Positions 28,920 through 41,309 of a DNA stretch of 64,000 bases are shown piece by piece. A model generated the notes under the pieces. That model was not told where the DNA came from. It saw only the letters and a program-made list of their open reading frames with translations, and did no database searches. The position numbers and the translations under genes were made by a program. The stretch's first letter is position 1. Each line of letters begins with the position of its first letter. This stretch comes from Perna viridis (taxonomy: Eukaryota): assembly GCA_037379345.1 (NCBI GenBank), contig CM074513.1, forward strand, positions 7,254,001-7,318,000. Direction: 5' to 3'.

Positions 28920-29640
28920 CCATAGTCCATACAAACATTTTTATAAAGACATGAAGAGTTGCCGTTGAGTCAATGACTGTTGATTTTCATTTAAAAGAAA
29001 CAGTCTATGATACAAACTCGTTGAACATGATGAGGGTAGCACAAACAAAACCTTACAAGAATCTGTTATTTGTGTATTCAGTACCCCATATTTCATTTTT
29101 GAGAACAAAAATAAATTCATGTACAAGGTCAAGGAAACTCCAGTGAAACAAGTATTGTTGAACAGTTGACCAAGAGCAATCAAAAGCAATATGTAATGTT
29201 CCAATGTATTGTACATGTAAGTCATATGAGAACATTTCATACATAACTTGAAGTAAACTACACGATTATATGATTTGGAAATTAATCTAAACATTAACAT
29301 ATACATTTGTATGACCTTGTATATGACACAATTTTCAATTTTTTAAGAAGTTTATCGTGCTATTTTTTTTTACTTTTTTAATAGATCCATAAATACAAGC
29401 TGTTGACTTACATTGTATATCAGAAACTAAGGATAAGGAACTAGTTTTATCAGTCATCAGATTTCTTTTGCACAGTATGTTGTCATGAACATGTACGATT
29501 ATACCATAGTCATCACAGTATGATAAAAGTCTATCCATGTTGATTTTGATTTTCAGTATCTCTTTCCATATTAAAAGGAAATATGTTTTGATGTTTTCCA
29601 GAAAATTTTTAAATGCAGCTGTCGTGTTCACCTACCAATG
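28920..29640 (-). mobile_element. Very degraded LINE RT C-terminal remnant (CR1/L2-like)
   Basis: MDRLLSYCDDYGIIV resembles LDxLxxYCxxWxLxVN, and EIWG occurs downstream in the expected order; heavily frameshifted. Confidence 0.4.
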
Positions 29641-30819
29641 ATACAAGTTACCAGACAAATCATACATAACAGGAAGCTCTGTTCAAATGAAGTATGATAA
29701 TAGATTGTGTAGGTATTTGAGGTGCAGTATACAATATTTTTATGCCTTTTTTTTTGAAAAAAAAAAAAATTTATTTGGGGTGTTCCAAAGGTAGGACCCA
29801 CTTCTTTTGTTGGGAAATGTTGGAAGTAATGTGGAAAATTTTTGCAAAAATGAGGAAATTATTATATTGGACCCCCACTTTCAAAGTCTTTTGATTGTTC
29901 ACTAGAAACTCTCATTAGTCAATTTATTTTAAAAATGTATTTGTATTATTTCTACATATGTAATGTAGATAGATCCCATATGTGTTAATCGCTTATAATG
30001 TAGCACTACAGTTCCCATGACACTTAAATGAAGGTTGTAACATAGACATAATATTTTAGCATAATGGGATGTTTTGTTTGAAGAAAAAAAATCATCCAAT
30101 GCGCCATATAAATGTGGAAAATTAATTTAATGACACATAACGTTTTGAAAAAGAAGAGATTTATTGTTGAATTTTAAGCCAATCATAATCATGCCATGTA
30201 CTGGCACCTATAATTTACATTGAATTGATCTGAATTCATGGTTTCCTTGTATAAACTCTACAACACTGGTAAATTGTGATTTTTTTTTTGTTCACAAGTT
30301 AAGAGAGGTGTTGAGGTGAGGATAATCATACCATAAGCTCATGATGCACCTGTTTAATAGGACATCTTATCGAATGATAATTATTAGTCAACTGTGCTGG
30401 TAATACCTGTTCATTGATCAGAGGGGGTTGGCACACCTCCTTTTTACCAGAAAATTAGTCATTTTCATGTGTAAAATTTACAAAACATGGAAAATAATGT
30501 GTTAGCATCACCATCACTTTGGCTTGCACCCCTCCTTTTCAAAGTGTCTGGAGCCGTCCCTGTTCACTAATCTGTAAATAACTTTCATCATATTTGGCTT
30601 TAACCGTTTAGCATGAAACAAGTTGCCTGTTTTGAAACTATTTTAATATTCTCCATAAAAGCAATAAATAAATATATAAAAAAAACAATACAATGCTTAG
30701 GTAGCAAACCATGTTGTACTCCAGCAATGCTAAAGGTTGTTTGTCAAGCTATTTTCTGACTTGGTGTCATCCTAGGGTATAGAGGAACGGACTTCCAACC
30801 TCTTACGTTGTAGGAGTAA

Positions 30820-31062
30820 CAGGGACGGATCCAGAATTTTAGATAGGGGCGCACAGTAAAAATTCTGCCGAGCGGAGCGAGGTGACACAAATTTTGAGGT
30901 TAAATTTTTGAAACATTATAGAGTGGGTGCAATGTAGATATCTTTTGTGGTAAAATTAGCGAGAAATTTTAAGTTTCAACTTGAAACCGCCTAAATCTAC
31001 CCATGACAACCCATGCTTTGCAAATTATAGGGGGCGCACTCCCCCACCAGAATACGCCTCTG
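30820..31062. mobile_element. MITE of the CAGGGGCGGATCCAG TIR class (related ends near 30419-30562, 45707, 45760-45891, 53751)
   Basis: CAGGGACGGATCCAG ... CAGAATACGCCTCTG with AGTAA on both flanks. Confidence 0.6.
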
Positions 31063-31404
31063 AGTAACCATGTTGATTTTTATGAGTGGGGTCGGGGCTA
31101 GGATCACATTTGAAATAGAAAGGCAGGACAATGATAAATGATTTTATATAAATACAAAGATGCAATAGGCGGAAAAAAGTTTCTGGTTTGAATATTACAT
31201 AAAAAGATCCAGGACACAAAATTTGACTATATAGCCCCCTTTTTCCCCCTACGATTCAAATGGATATAGAAATGTATCATTATTTACCTGGGAGGGGGGA
31301 CTGGTCATTTTGAAATCATATAAAATTTTCTTGACCCCCCATGATATTTTCTTTTCCCCTTAGAAACATTTTTTTTAAATGTGATACCCCCTCTATTAAA
31401 CATG

Positions 31405-31625
31405 CGTATGGAGTTTTCATATACATGTATTAACTCCTACATTACGCCAGTGCTTGCCGAAACTACGCAGAGTTTTTGTATCGCGCTAGAATTCTAATAA
31501 ATAAACTTCTGGAACAGGGTTGTGTTGCTACAAGATTGAAGTCATCCCTATAGGAGTTTTATGTTATGGTCGTCATCATGAAATCGTGGATCGCTATGAT
31601 GTATCCATCTGCGCCATGAAATTCT
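31405..31625 (+). mobile_element. Penelope-like RT 3' fragment
   Basis: Reads YASACRNYAEFLYRARILINKLLEQG..RLKSSL, then GRHHEIVDRY; homologous to 16760-16960 in the opposite orientation. Confidence 0.75.
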
Positions 31626-31779
31626 AGTTTTGTCACGCACAGTAAAGTACTCATAATTAATGACAAACTCCTTAATGTTCACACACGACAAAACATTCCT
31701 CAGAATAAACTTTAAACACATTCATATCTTTATTTGCTCTATATTAGAGATTTTATGAAAATGTTACAGTTTGATAATA

Positions 31780-31824
<45 letters not shown>

Positions 31825-34669
31825 AAATTTAATTAAATTAAAATTAACAATTGGAAAAGTTGTTTCTCGTCTTAACCACAAAGTTCATTAAAAAGGATTA
31901 ACGGGAAATGATCAGCTATGATGTCTTACAAGGCATCTTGCAGGTTGAGTGTACCAGGACAATTATAGTATGCATGGACATAAACACCTGTAAATTCTCT
32001 ATAACACATTTTTCACCATTGGAGTTAGAAATAATTGTAATACATGTACAGTTGGTAATTAATTATGAATTACGAATCCCTTTTTGATAGAGTTTTTTTT
32101 CCAAAAATAGGCAAGGTTAGCAATATAATTCTTTGTTTCCATGTGGAAATTTGGGGGTCTCCAGAAGATCTTTCGAATTTTTCAGTATCTACATGGAATT
32201 AAAACCACTACTAACAAGACCTCACAGCCTTTACCCGCTGTGGCAGAGAATCAATGTCTTCTTGTTCTTGTTTTATCCATTTTCTTGTGTAGCCCTCCAC
32301 AGCAACCATAAGGCAACTATAAGAACTTTAAAGTTATAATTCCGATTTATGGAGCGTGTTTCACGGTACTTGAGGCCATTAGAAACGACCTTACGCAGAG
32401 ATTCGTTTTCGATGATGCTTAAATCTCACGTAACGACGTGACCGGAAAGACCATATTTCAAAATATGAAAATAATGTTCTTTTGTTTCCAATAAAGATTT
32501 TGCATTTTATTTTCTGGATGTTGAATATTATTTTCGTAATGTTTGCTATATGTTTACGATTATTTATATTATATTAATGTAAAGTTACCTTTTTGAGCTG
32601 TATTTTGAAAAGGTAGAAAACAGAGGATGCTCCACCTGTTCTGTGTTACCAATTTTTAGTTGCTAATCTACTTTTGTTACTTCATCTGTGTCATATTTTT
32701 TGTTATTTCATGTTCTGTTGTGATTGTTTATTTTCCATGTGTAGTCTTTATCCTTCGGATATATATATTTTGATCCCGGTCGAATCTTGGTTTCCTTTCA
32801 TTACTCTTTGAGTAAACAAATGTGAACGAAATATTCGGCCAATTAGTAGCTTTTGTTTCAGGAAATATGGAGACAAAACTTTAATTTGGTGGAGCAGAAA
32901 GAATGTTACTATTTAAGAAATGAGAGTTTGCAATAGAAAACAGCGTTTAGTTTTGTCTTGAATTATAGTTGAAAGCTTTCCCATCCATTCGATTTTGAGA
33001 TTACGATCACAATAAGACTTTACTGTTTCTAAAGTGTCATTCACTGCAGTTTTTTTGTATTTGTTTTTGTTTTATTTTTAGTTTTTTGTCTTTGCTTTTT
33101 TTGGTTTTTTTTTTGTTGTTTTTTTTTTTTTTTTTGGGGGGGGGGATCAAGGTTTATCATTGATAAGCCACTGTCTAAAAGGTTTATAACCTGGAGACAC
33201 TTGTACAGTCTGTGTATCAAAGCATGCATTAGTAACACTACTGACTAAAATTATGACCGAAATGGCTAATGACCATGCATGCATACTCAAAATGTACATT
33301 AGACAAATAAATGATTTCTACTTATATATGTTCATTTTATTTTCCTTAGTCAAATTTTGAGCATCTGAGCATTAACAGCATATTCACTAAATGTTCACTA
33401 CAGCATATTTTGTCTAACTCAACATACACATGCGTTTTTGTTATGACTTCATAAGTGGGTTAAGATATCCTACATCAATGCAATAATATCGACGAAGACG
33501 TTGCTTGTCTGTCTCAACCGAAAAAGCATCGCAGTAGACATGTTTTTGACTCGCTGACTCACTCAACCAAAAAAAGTCTCGAGATAGCCAATCATTGTCT
33601 AACATAACTAAACACATTTTTAGGTCGATAAAAAATACTGACGCGACACTTGTTACAGTTGTAGTAGACAAAACGTATTTCACACAGGCAGAATGGGCAG
33701 AAAAGGGTTTCTTGCCACTTTTTGTTCCTGTATCATTCATAAAACGACTGTGAATTTTCATATCAGTCATTATTTTGTCTAGCAGTGTATATACAACCTA
33801 AATAGGTTTCAGTTTTAGTTTTAGTACAATACTAGTTAGGAATCGAAAATCAATTGCATTTTCGATTTTATTCTCTGTGTAATCTTTTTGACACAGTCTT
33901 CCGCATTGGAAAAGTTTTCAGTTGTGATGACCCCTACATTTTGGCCTATATACCAGCTGTTCCATCTCAATACCCCTCTCTGTTACCATGGCTACCCTTT
34001 TGGTTAAAGAATAATGTAGAATCTAGTTTTGACATGTAAATAATCAAACAACTAAATTCTTAATTGTACTGAAAGATAATAGTACATGTTGAATATCTTC
34101 AAGAAACTCTTCTGTATGCCTATAATCATTTCCTAGTTTACTGTATATCAATCCGCTCGCTGGTTTATAAAATATTAAAAAGCAAAATACAGTCTGTACA
34201 AAACTTGATCTTGACGTTGATCAAAAATAAGCATCCAATTGATTGTCATTTGTTGTCGGCTTGTTTGGAGACTATAATTCTCTAAATTTTAAATTGAAGC
34301 AGTAGGAAGAAATATGTCAGAAATATACCAGCAAGCTGAAAAAGAAAACAAAAAATGTTTTCTTGATGCGTTAATATTTTTTAATTAATTTTAATGAGCT
34401 AGATTCGAAAACTATAAATTATAAGAATCTTTGCAATTTTCGTTTCCATGGAATACTAACAACATGTACTTACATGTAACACTATGAAATAATTTTTGAT
34501 GAAAATATCTTACCGGACATATCCCGTACTTTACCGATTATTTCTTAGAGTTACCGGATAGTTCCCCGTTTAACGAAAATTATCTACTAAAACCCAACTC
34601 GTACTAACCATTACGCTGACATTCACGGTTTTATATGTATAAACCGGTCATTTTTGAAAACCAATTTAA

Positions 34670-34881
34670 GGAGGTAGAACTAGGGTAAGGGACATAACTC
34701 TTGAAACCAGTGATATGTTTGTATCATATTCAATTTCTCCAAAGCCGATCAAGCTTTCATTTGAAACAGAATGAACCCAGTCCAAGTTACTTTGATGCAT
34801 AAATAAGAGTGATGTAAAATGCTGAATACAAACGTTCCAATGATTTTTAAGAGTCATGTCCCTTACCCTTGGTCTACATCC
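34670..34881. mobile_element. Kolobok-type MITE, second copy (GRL intron 3)
   Basis: TTAA-GGAGGTAGAACTAGGGTAAGGGACATAACTCTT ... AAGAGTCATGTCCCTTACCCTTGGTCTACATCC-TTAA. Confidence 0.8.
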
Positions 34882-36769
34882 TTAAACATCTTCAGAAGAC
34901 CTTTCATATCAATTTCAATATTTTTTTAAATTGTGTAAACTGAACATTTGCCTAAACAGAGCAAATCTCTCTGTTCTGCGTGTTTGCTGGTGAAATTATA
35001 CTTTTAAAGTAAGTTTTTTTTCTAGATTTCCCTTGATTACACTACTAAATGCATTAACCGATATTATGTAATTTTATTGACTAATTGATTCGTTAGTAAA
35101 TAAACATTTGAAAATATTCCCTTTTACACGTTAAATATTGAGATGTTTTAGCGAATCATTGATTGTACACGCTTTTTAACATTGCACATGTAAAGTTTTA
35201 AAATAGACACAAAACAACCTTAAAGATTGTCTCTTTTCCTACATTTTTTCTATCGCTTTGTATTCTCGAGTCACGCCCGTAGCTGGAACGTTTTAGGGGT
35301 TCGGAGTGGGTTATTTGGTCGAAATTTCTCAGACTTAAATAGTGATTAAAGCCTGTGTTTAACAGTTTTTAACGCTTTTCTGTTTCCAATTTGGTGGGGT
35401 CGTAATTTCCCCTTTTTTTCCCTTTTCTGGTATTTGAAGTTTATTGCTATATTCTGGCGAAGAAGGCAAATAAACTTTCAATATCTATTTCTAAACGTGG
35501 TTACATTAAACAACAAGGTTAACCTGCATCGAAATCGCCAATAAAACCCACCCGATCTTCAACGGTCCTATGCCTTGTTCTTTTGGCACAAAACAATGCC
35601 AAGTGAAGTTCATCGAAATCTGTCATCATTCGTTTTATACAACAAATCAAGCTTGAAAGTAATGATTGCTTCGTTCCAAAAGGCCATACGACATTTATTG
35701 AGTAGAAAAGTTACGAAAAAAATTGTCAAGTTTAGATGTTACAGTATTACTTGAACGAAGTTATTTTGTACAATGAAGATACAATGGAACATTTCAGTGG
35801 ATATTTTACATTAAATCAAATGAATGTACTTACGGTTAAAATCAGCTCTTTAGTAACAATAAAAAATCCCATGACAGAAAATCCTATAGGTGATGCGGTT
35901 AATCTCGATAGAAATAGGGTTAGCTGAAATAAAGTAAACAACAGTTGTATTTCAAACCATTAAAGGGACTTTGATTATGCTTGTACACACTGTTTCGCAA
36001 TTAAGATATTTGAATGTATACTACGATCTACGTGTAAATATGTAATGCTTTCAGATAGTAAAATGCCCATTCATCGATCAGAAACCTGTTTTTTTCAGAA
36101 AGTCCTACGTATCATAGTGTTGTTACTGAAATAGTTTGAGTAAAGTAAATACATACATCACCTAACTGAGTAGGAGGAAGCTGTCGTAGTTCAAGGTCGT
36201 ATACAAGGTCAAGAGGGGCGTGAGCCTGTAATTAGAGAGAAAACAAGTAAATGAGAAATATACATAATATGCGATCAAAGTATATGTGCAGTTTGTGTAC
36301 GTGACTGTCATGATGATTAAACTGGGTATTTATTTTAAACTTCATTTTTTAATGTTATACTTTGTCGTTTCTATCTCACGACTGTACAAAGAATCGAGAA
36401 AAAAAAATGAAGCATGAACAATGCGACGATTCAAATGCTTCAAATTACAAATACATGACCAAGACAAAGATGACCTGAAACACACAATGTTGCAAACGAA
36501 TGAAATATCACATGTACAGATACGTTTATTTTATGTACCTTTTTAGAATGAATAAGGCATTGAACTTTGTTTAGTTTATTTCGTTATTTTCATTTCATTC
36601 ACATACCAGTGCAAATTTTTTAATGTCGTTTTAATTTGCATTCTTGCTGTTCGATTTTTATTGTGAATGTTTTTTTTTCTTTAGTATTGTACGGTTATAT
36701 ACTGTACTTCGACTGTTGTCCTTTTGGTGTCCCTGGTATTATTCTGATCCCCAATTTCCTCTCTTTTAT

Positions 36770-36971
36770 ATACGGAAGCCAGTTAGGACAGTTTGAAAAA
36801 AATTGTCGAAATTACGACATCATATGTCATAATAACGATATAGCTTTGTCGAAACTACGATATAGATATACAATGTCGTAATTTCGACACAGCTATTATA
36901 TCGTAGTATGTTGTAATAACGACATATAAATAATTGTTTTTTTCTTCAAGTGGCCATTATCGGCTGCTCTA
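36770..36971. mobile_element. MITE with palindromic TGTCG(A/T)AATT(A/T)CGACA internal repeats (GRL intron 1)
   Basis: Imperfect TIRs TACGGAAGCCAGTTAGGACAGTTTG / CAAGTGGCCATTATCGGCTGCTCTA; about five palindromic units inside. Confidence 0.65.
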
Positions 36972-39900
36972 TTTTCATCTTTGGTTTAGCTTCTTCTTCT
37001 CCCTCTAAGAAACTTGTCTAGCTACATGTAACAATCAAGATCTTACCCAGTATGTCAAGTTGGTACTGAAAAAGGCAATAACCAGTATGATAGAGACTTC
37101 ACAAACAAACCAAAATAAGTTGATGACGAAAGTCAGTGTGTCTAGAGGTTTACCAGATATCAACTGGTACATTATAAACATAGTAATAAAAATGTTTATT
37201 CCGAATACATTCATAATCAGATACTTAAATCCGCCATCTAAAACCTCAACAGCTTTACACAGCTGATGGTGTTTCCTCCTTATGCTTTTGAGACAATCCA
37301 TTAGCATAGGTGTTTGGCCACTGGCCTCGTCTTTCATAGCTTGACTAAATGAAAAATTGAGAGAACGAAACTGTAACGACAATGTTAAACTGATGCAAAT
37401 AAAGAAAAACACTGGCAGTATCCAAACAGCACTTTCAAAAAGGAACGTTGTTATCATTAAAATAGACAGTGGGATGCTTTCGTGATCAAAAGGGTTGACA
37501 ACTGATGCCCTAAATGAATTAGTTTTGTCCATGAATGACAACGCAAAGATACCAATAGTGTTAGCCAATACCAGTGGAACTCCTATAAGCACTGACGACA
37601 TCGAATACGCTTTCAATTTTCCACAATGTGAATTTAGCTTTATTTCCTTAGCTACCCTGTCAGTCATTAATTGATTATACATGTAGACAAATTCTGGTAG
37701 TTGATTATTATTCTCGCACATAATAAACAAAATAATTCCAGTTATTGCACTCTGGATAAGTCATGCACATACAATGACTCTGGAAATAGTTATATCAGAC
37801 ATATAATTCATTCCAACCCAAAACGATGGGATATACCGGACGGCATTCATTATCATAGCCACCATGATGAAAAGATGGTAAAACTTGCCGAAAGTGTTGC
37901 TCGTGTGTTTGCTTCCTCCATTGGTTGCGGACATTTCATCTCTATTAGCGTTGTCAATAATAGCTGCCCTTCTTCTCTCATGATAAATTCCAAATAAAGT
38001 CATACACGAAAAAAGTGGTTTGAAAGCCTTGCATATCGGAAGAAAATATTCAATGAAGTGATCCTCTTTTTCAATGGGTTTCACAAGCGTTTTCATCGTT
38101 ATTAATTTTGATATTTTAACTTGAAATTTAATTTTGTAACCCTTTCGACAAATGTGCTGGATTACACTGCAAGGAAGACTTTTATTAGAAGAGATCGACA
38201 AATATCAATACTATTTCATCAATGCATCCCATATGAATTCTAAGTAATTGCGAACTTTATTACTTGAGTGTTTGGTGTACTAAAGTCATTAATATTTTCA
38301 TAAAACTATGTCATTGATTATTACTTAGTATAAAGTAAATACTGCATTTTCTATAGTTCTTGTTGGTACACATATTGAACATTTTACTTTGTTACTGTCA
38401 CTTTGAAATATCTAGTTATTGGTTGGCTACTGAAAGTGCGTAAGTGTTTAAGGAATTACTGTGATATTTTTTCGGTCTATGAAGAAATAACCTCAATCAC
38501 GTTGTGCACACTAAATAACCAGCATAGCAAGTTATTTTATGCAGGTTATTTTAAAGTGTTCACCACGGGCATTGAGGTTATTTCAAATAGACCGAAAAAC
38601 ATAACAGTCATTCCGTATAATTTAATTTAAGTACCAAAGTTCGAGGAGTAAATCATTAAAAAAAAGTTTGAAGACCTCACAGTCATTACAAAATTTGGTC
38701 TATGAGATGAGAACCGAATTTTTTTATCCAATCAGAAACCGAGTTACTTCTGAAATTAAATTATAAGCTTGTAAACGGTCAAAATCGAATATAAGAATAA
38801 TATAAGTGTACGTGGTTATTATTTAAAACCCCAAAGAAATAATGATTTATTCCTTGTGTATATTTTTAAAAATTGTTAAAATTTTGTCGAGTAATTCAAG
38901 CTTAATTATGATCACCAATATGTATTATCTATGTAGAGGTTGTAGTTATGTGCCAATGGAATAAAAAGGCGCTCTGCCTGACATTTACAACGACCTGTGT
39001 TTAGTGTTTTAGTTATATTGACCATCTATCCACTTATCTGATTAAAGCTTTATTCGTCCTATCTTGTCAGCATTTCAGTAATTTCTGATATAATTACAAA
39101 TACAATTATCAAAATATTTACAGAAGTTAAAATTATTCTGCAATTATATGAATTACACCATTACCGGCAAATTCAATAATCTCGGTTTATAACTGATTTG
39201 TTCTCGGTTGTGGGTTCAGTAAATGGAAAACTGACCTAAATAAAAGCTTGAATTGAAAAAATTTATATGTTAATATTTAATCGTTTATTTCAGTTTTCTT
39301 TCTGATTATTTTCCCGAAGCATTGTACATAGGTGATCAAGTAATTATCATTTTTTTTATTCTGGGGTAAAAAACTAACTTACATGTAAATTAATTAGCCG
39401 CAAAATTGTAAAAACTGTAAAATAAAATATAAATTGGAATTGTAATATTTAAACATTTATTTGTTTTGAAATTTTATTTTAGTCTTGTTTTTTAAAGCTT
39501 GGATGAATGGTACATTGTATAATCAAGTAGTTATAATGTATTTTGATCTTTGATCTTCTCGGAGTGTCTTCCTCGAATGCCAACATTTTATATGTTACCT
39601 ATTCTTTGAAACATGATACGTTTCGTTGATGCTGAGCGTGCCCTGTTAATGGCGGACGATTTCCATTGCTTCAACATTTCATCACGATAAATGTAGGTAT
39701 TCTGACCAATATGGTTTGAAAAACAAATTAAAATATCCCACATCAAGTTGTCTCCGGACTTTTTCAATGTTTTGTTTTGATCAATACCTCGACATTCGAG
39801 ACTTTAATCTTATCAAATTTTCAACCTGGTCCCACCTTCGAAGGCGTACTTCTCTACTCATTAAAATTCAAACTCTTTTTCCAAACCCGATCAATCGTCA

Positions 39901-40681
39901 TAATATTTATCTTCGAGGGCGGTTGCCCTCCTCATTTAAATTTTAAAGTCCCTCTTCAAAACCCTATCTATCATCATTTCAAATTGATCAGAAATGGTCA
40001 GAAGGTTCATATAAGAAATTTTGTAGCTGTAACCGCTCATTCTGGCGTGATATCAACGTTTTTATTTGACTAACTGTTAATATAAAAATGGCGGCCGGAG
40101 TCTCGCCCTCGAGAAAGGCATATCCCCCAAATAAAAATTATAACTCCTTCTTCAAAACACGAACGATCATCATTAAAAATTTGTTTTAAATTGATAAAAA
40201 TGGTCTGGGTGTATTTAAGGATGTTTATAGCTGTAGCTTCCCCTGCTTTTGTGATATCAATGTTTTATAAGAGCCAATTTTCACTGCAATAACAGAATAG
40301 GCGGCAAGTAGTTGAAATCTCGCCACGCGAGATATTGCAATAAATTAAGAGATGCGAATCCTTCTATATTCAACTCCTTGTAAGAACTTAATAAAATTGA
40401 AAACTTTACCCTTAATTAATACTTGTTGAAATGTATTATGTTCCGTAATGTCAGGCTTCCTAGCTAATTACATTCACGGTTAAATGCAAGCTAAACATGT
40501 CTGAAAAGTGTTCAGCATCAAAGCTAATAAGAACAACATATTTTTTTATGGAACCACCACTAGACAGAAGGACCTCGCACTACATACCATTTATAGGGCT
40601 GGCACAAAAAGATAAAGAAGAAAGTCCGACATGCACACCCAAACATCTATGAAATAATTGACTTACATTCAGTATAATAAA

Positions 40682-40814
40682 ATAAATAACATATATAGCT
40701 TAGAGAGTGAAAAAGAATTTGTAACCCCTTGATTTTTTTTCTACGCCTTAGGGTGACAACGATTTTTCGAAGTAACAAAGTGCTCTATCACCCTCTTAGC
40801 TATATGTTATTTAT
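40682..40814. mobile_element. Short MITE with about 28-bp TIRs
   Basis: ATAAATAACATATATAGCTTAGAGAGTGA ... TCACCCTCTTAGCTATATGTTATTTAT. Confidence 0.7.
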
Positions 40815-41309
40815 ATATAATATAATTGTTATCAGAAGTGACATTACAGGTCATCCTTCCATGTCAGGGTTTTGAGTCCACCCTCGCTCCCTCAAACCCC
40901 TGACATCACTCATTCATATTTAATGGATATCGTCCAGCCAATTCCGATTGGTTGCTTCTCCGGGTGCGAAGCAGCAATGAAAATTGATTTGACATAAAAT
41001 GTCTGTGGAAAGGTAAACAATGATACGAGTAACTGATAGTTGTAAGATGACATAAATGATTCAATATGACCAAAAAATGATAACTGTAGATTATGTTTAG
41101 AGTCTTTAGCAAAAAAAAATGACGTTATGTTTATATAGCCATTTTGTAAGTTATATCGAAGAGTTTCTATTACGAGTGATTTGACTGGATTTAGGATCCA
41201 GGTTAAATATACAATATAGGTACATTGTCGAAAATTATTGAAGATATGTGATGAGGCGGCGGAACGGGTGGGAAATGCGAGGCTCCGCCGAGCTATTTCC
41301 TCCTTTCCA

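Larger units (their letters stand above)
34282..38096 (-). pseudogene. Gustatory receptor-like (GRL, 7tm_7 chemoreceptor superfamily) gene, about 420 codons, with one in-frame TGA at codon 112 (37761-37763)
   Basis: Exon 1 37047-38096 joins ORFs 37761-38201 and 37035-37730, which share a frame across a single TGA (VIVCA*LIQSAITG). Exon 2 36157-36225 (AHAPLDLVYDL), exon 3 35834-35923 (LTLFLSRLTASPIGFSVMGFFIVTKELILT), exon 4 34282-34335 (LAGIFLTYFFLLLQFKI*). Canonical TYhhhhhQF TM7 motif and three C-terminal phase-0 GT-AG introns, as typical of the GR superfamily. Confidence 0.88.

Noticed and set aside
31781-31822. Poly(A) tail of a retrocopy
   Set aside because: No polyadenylation signal, target duplication or upstream ORF identified; treated as a simple homopolymer.
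33441-33770. 109-aa ORF as a gene
   Set aside because: No recognisable motif or splice context; compatible with chance.
37761-37763. Selenocysteine recoding of the GRL TGA
   Set aside because: The position looks like a TM Trp rather than a redox Cys, and I found no convincing SECIS in the region after 34282.
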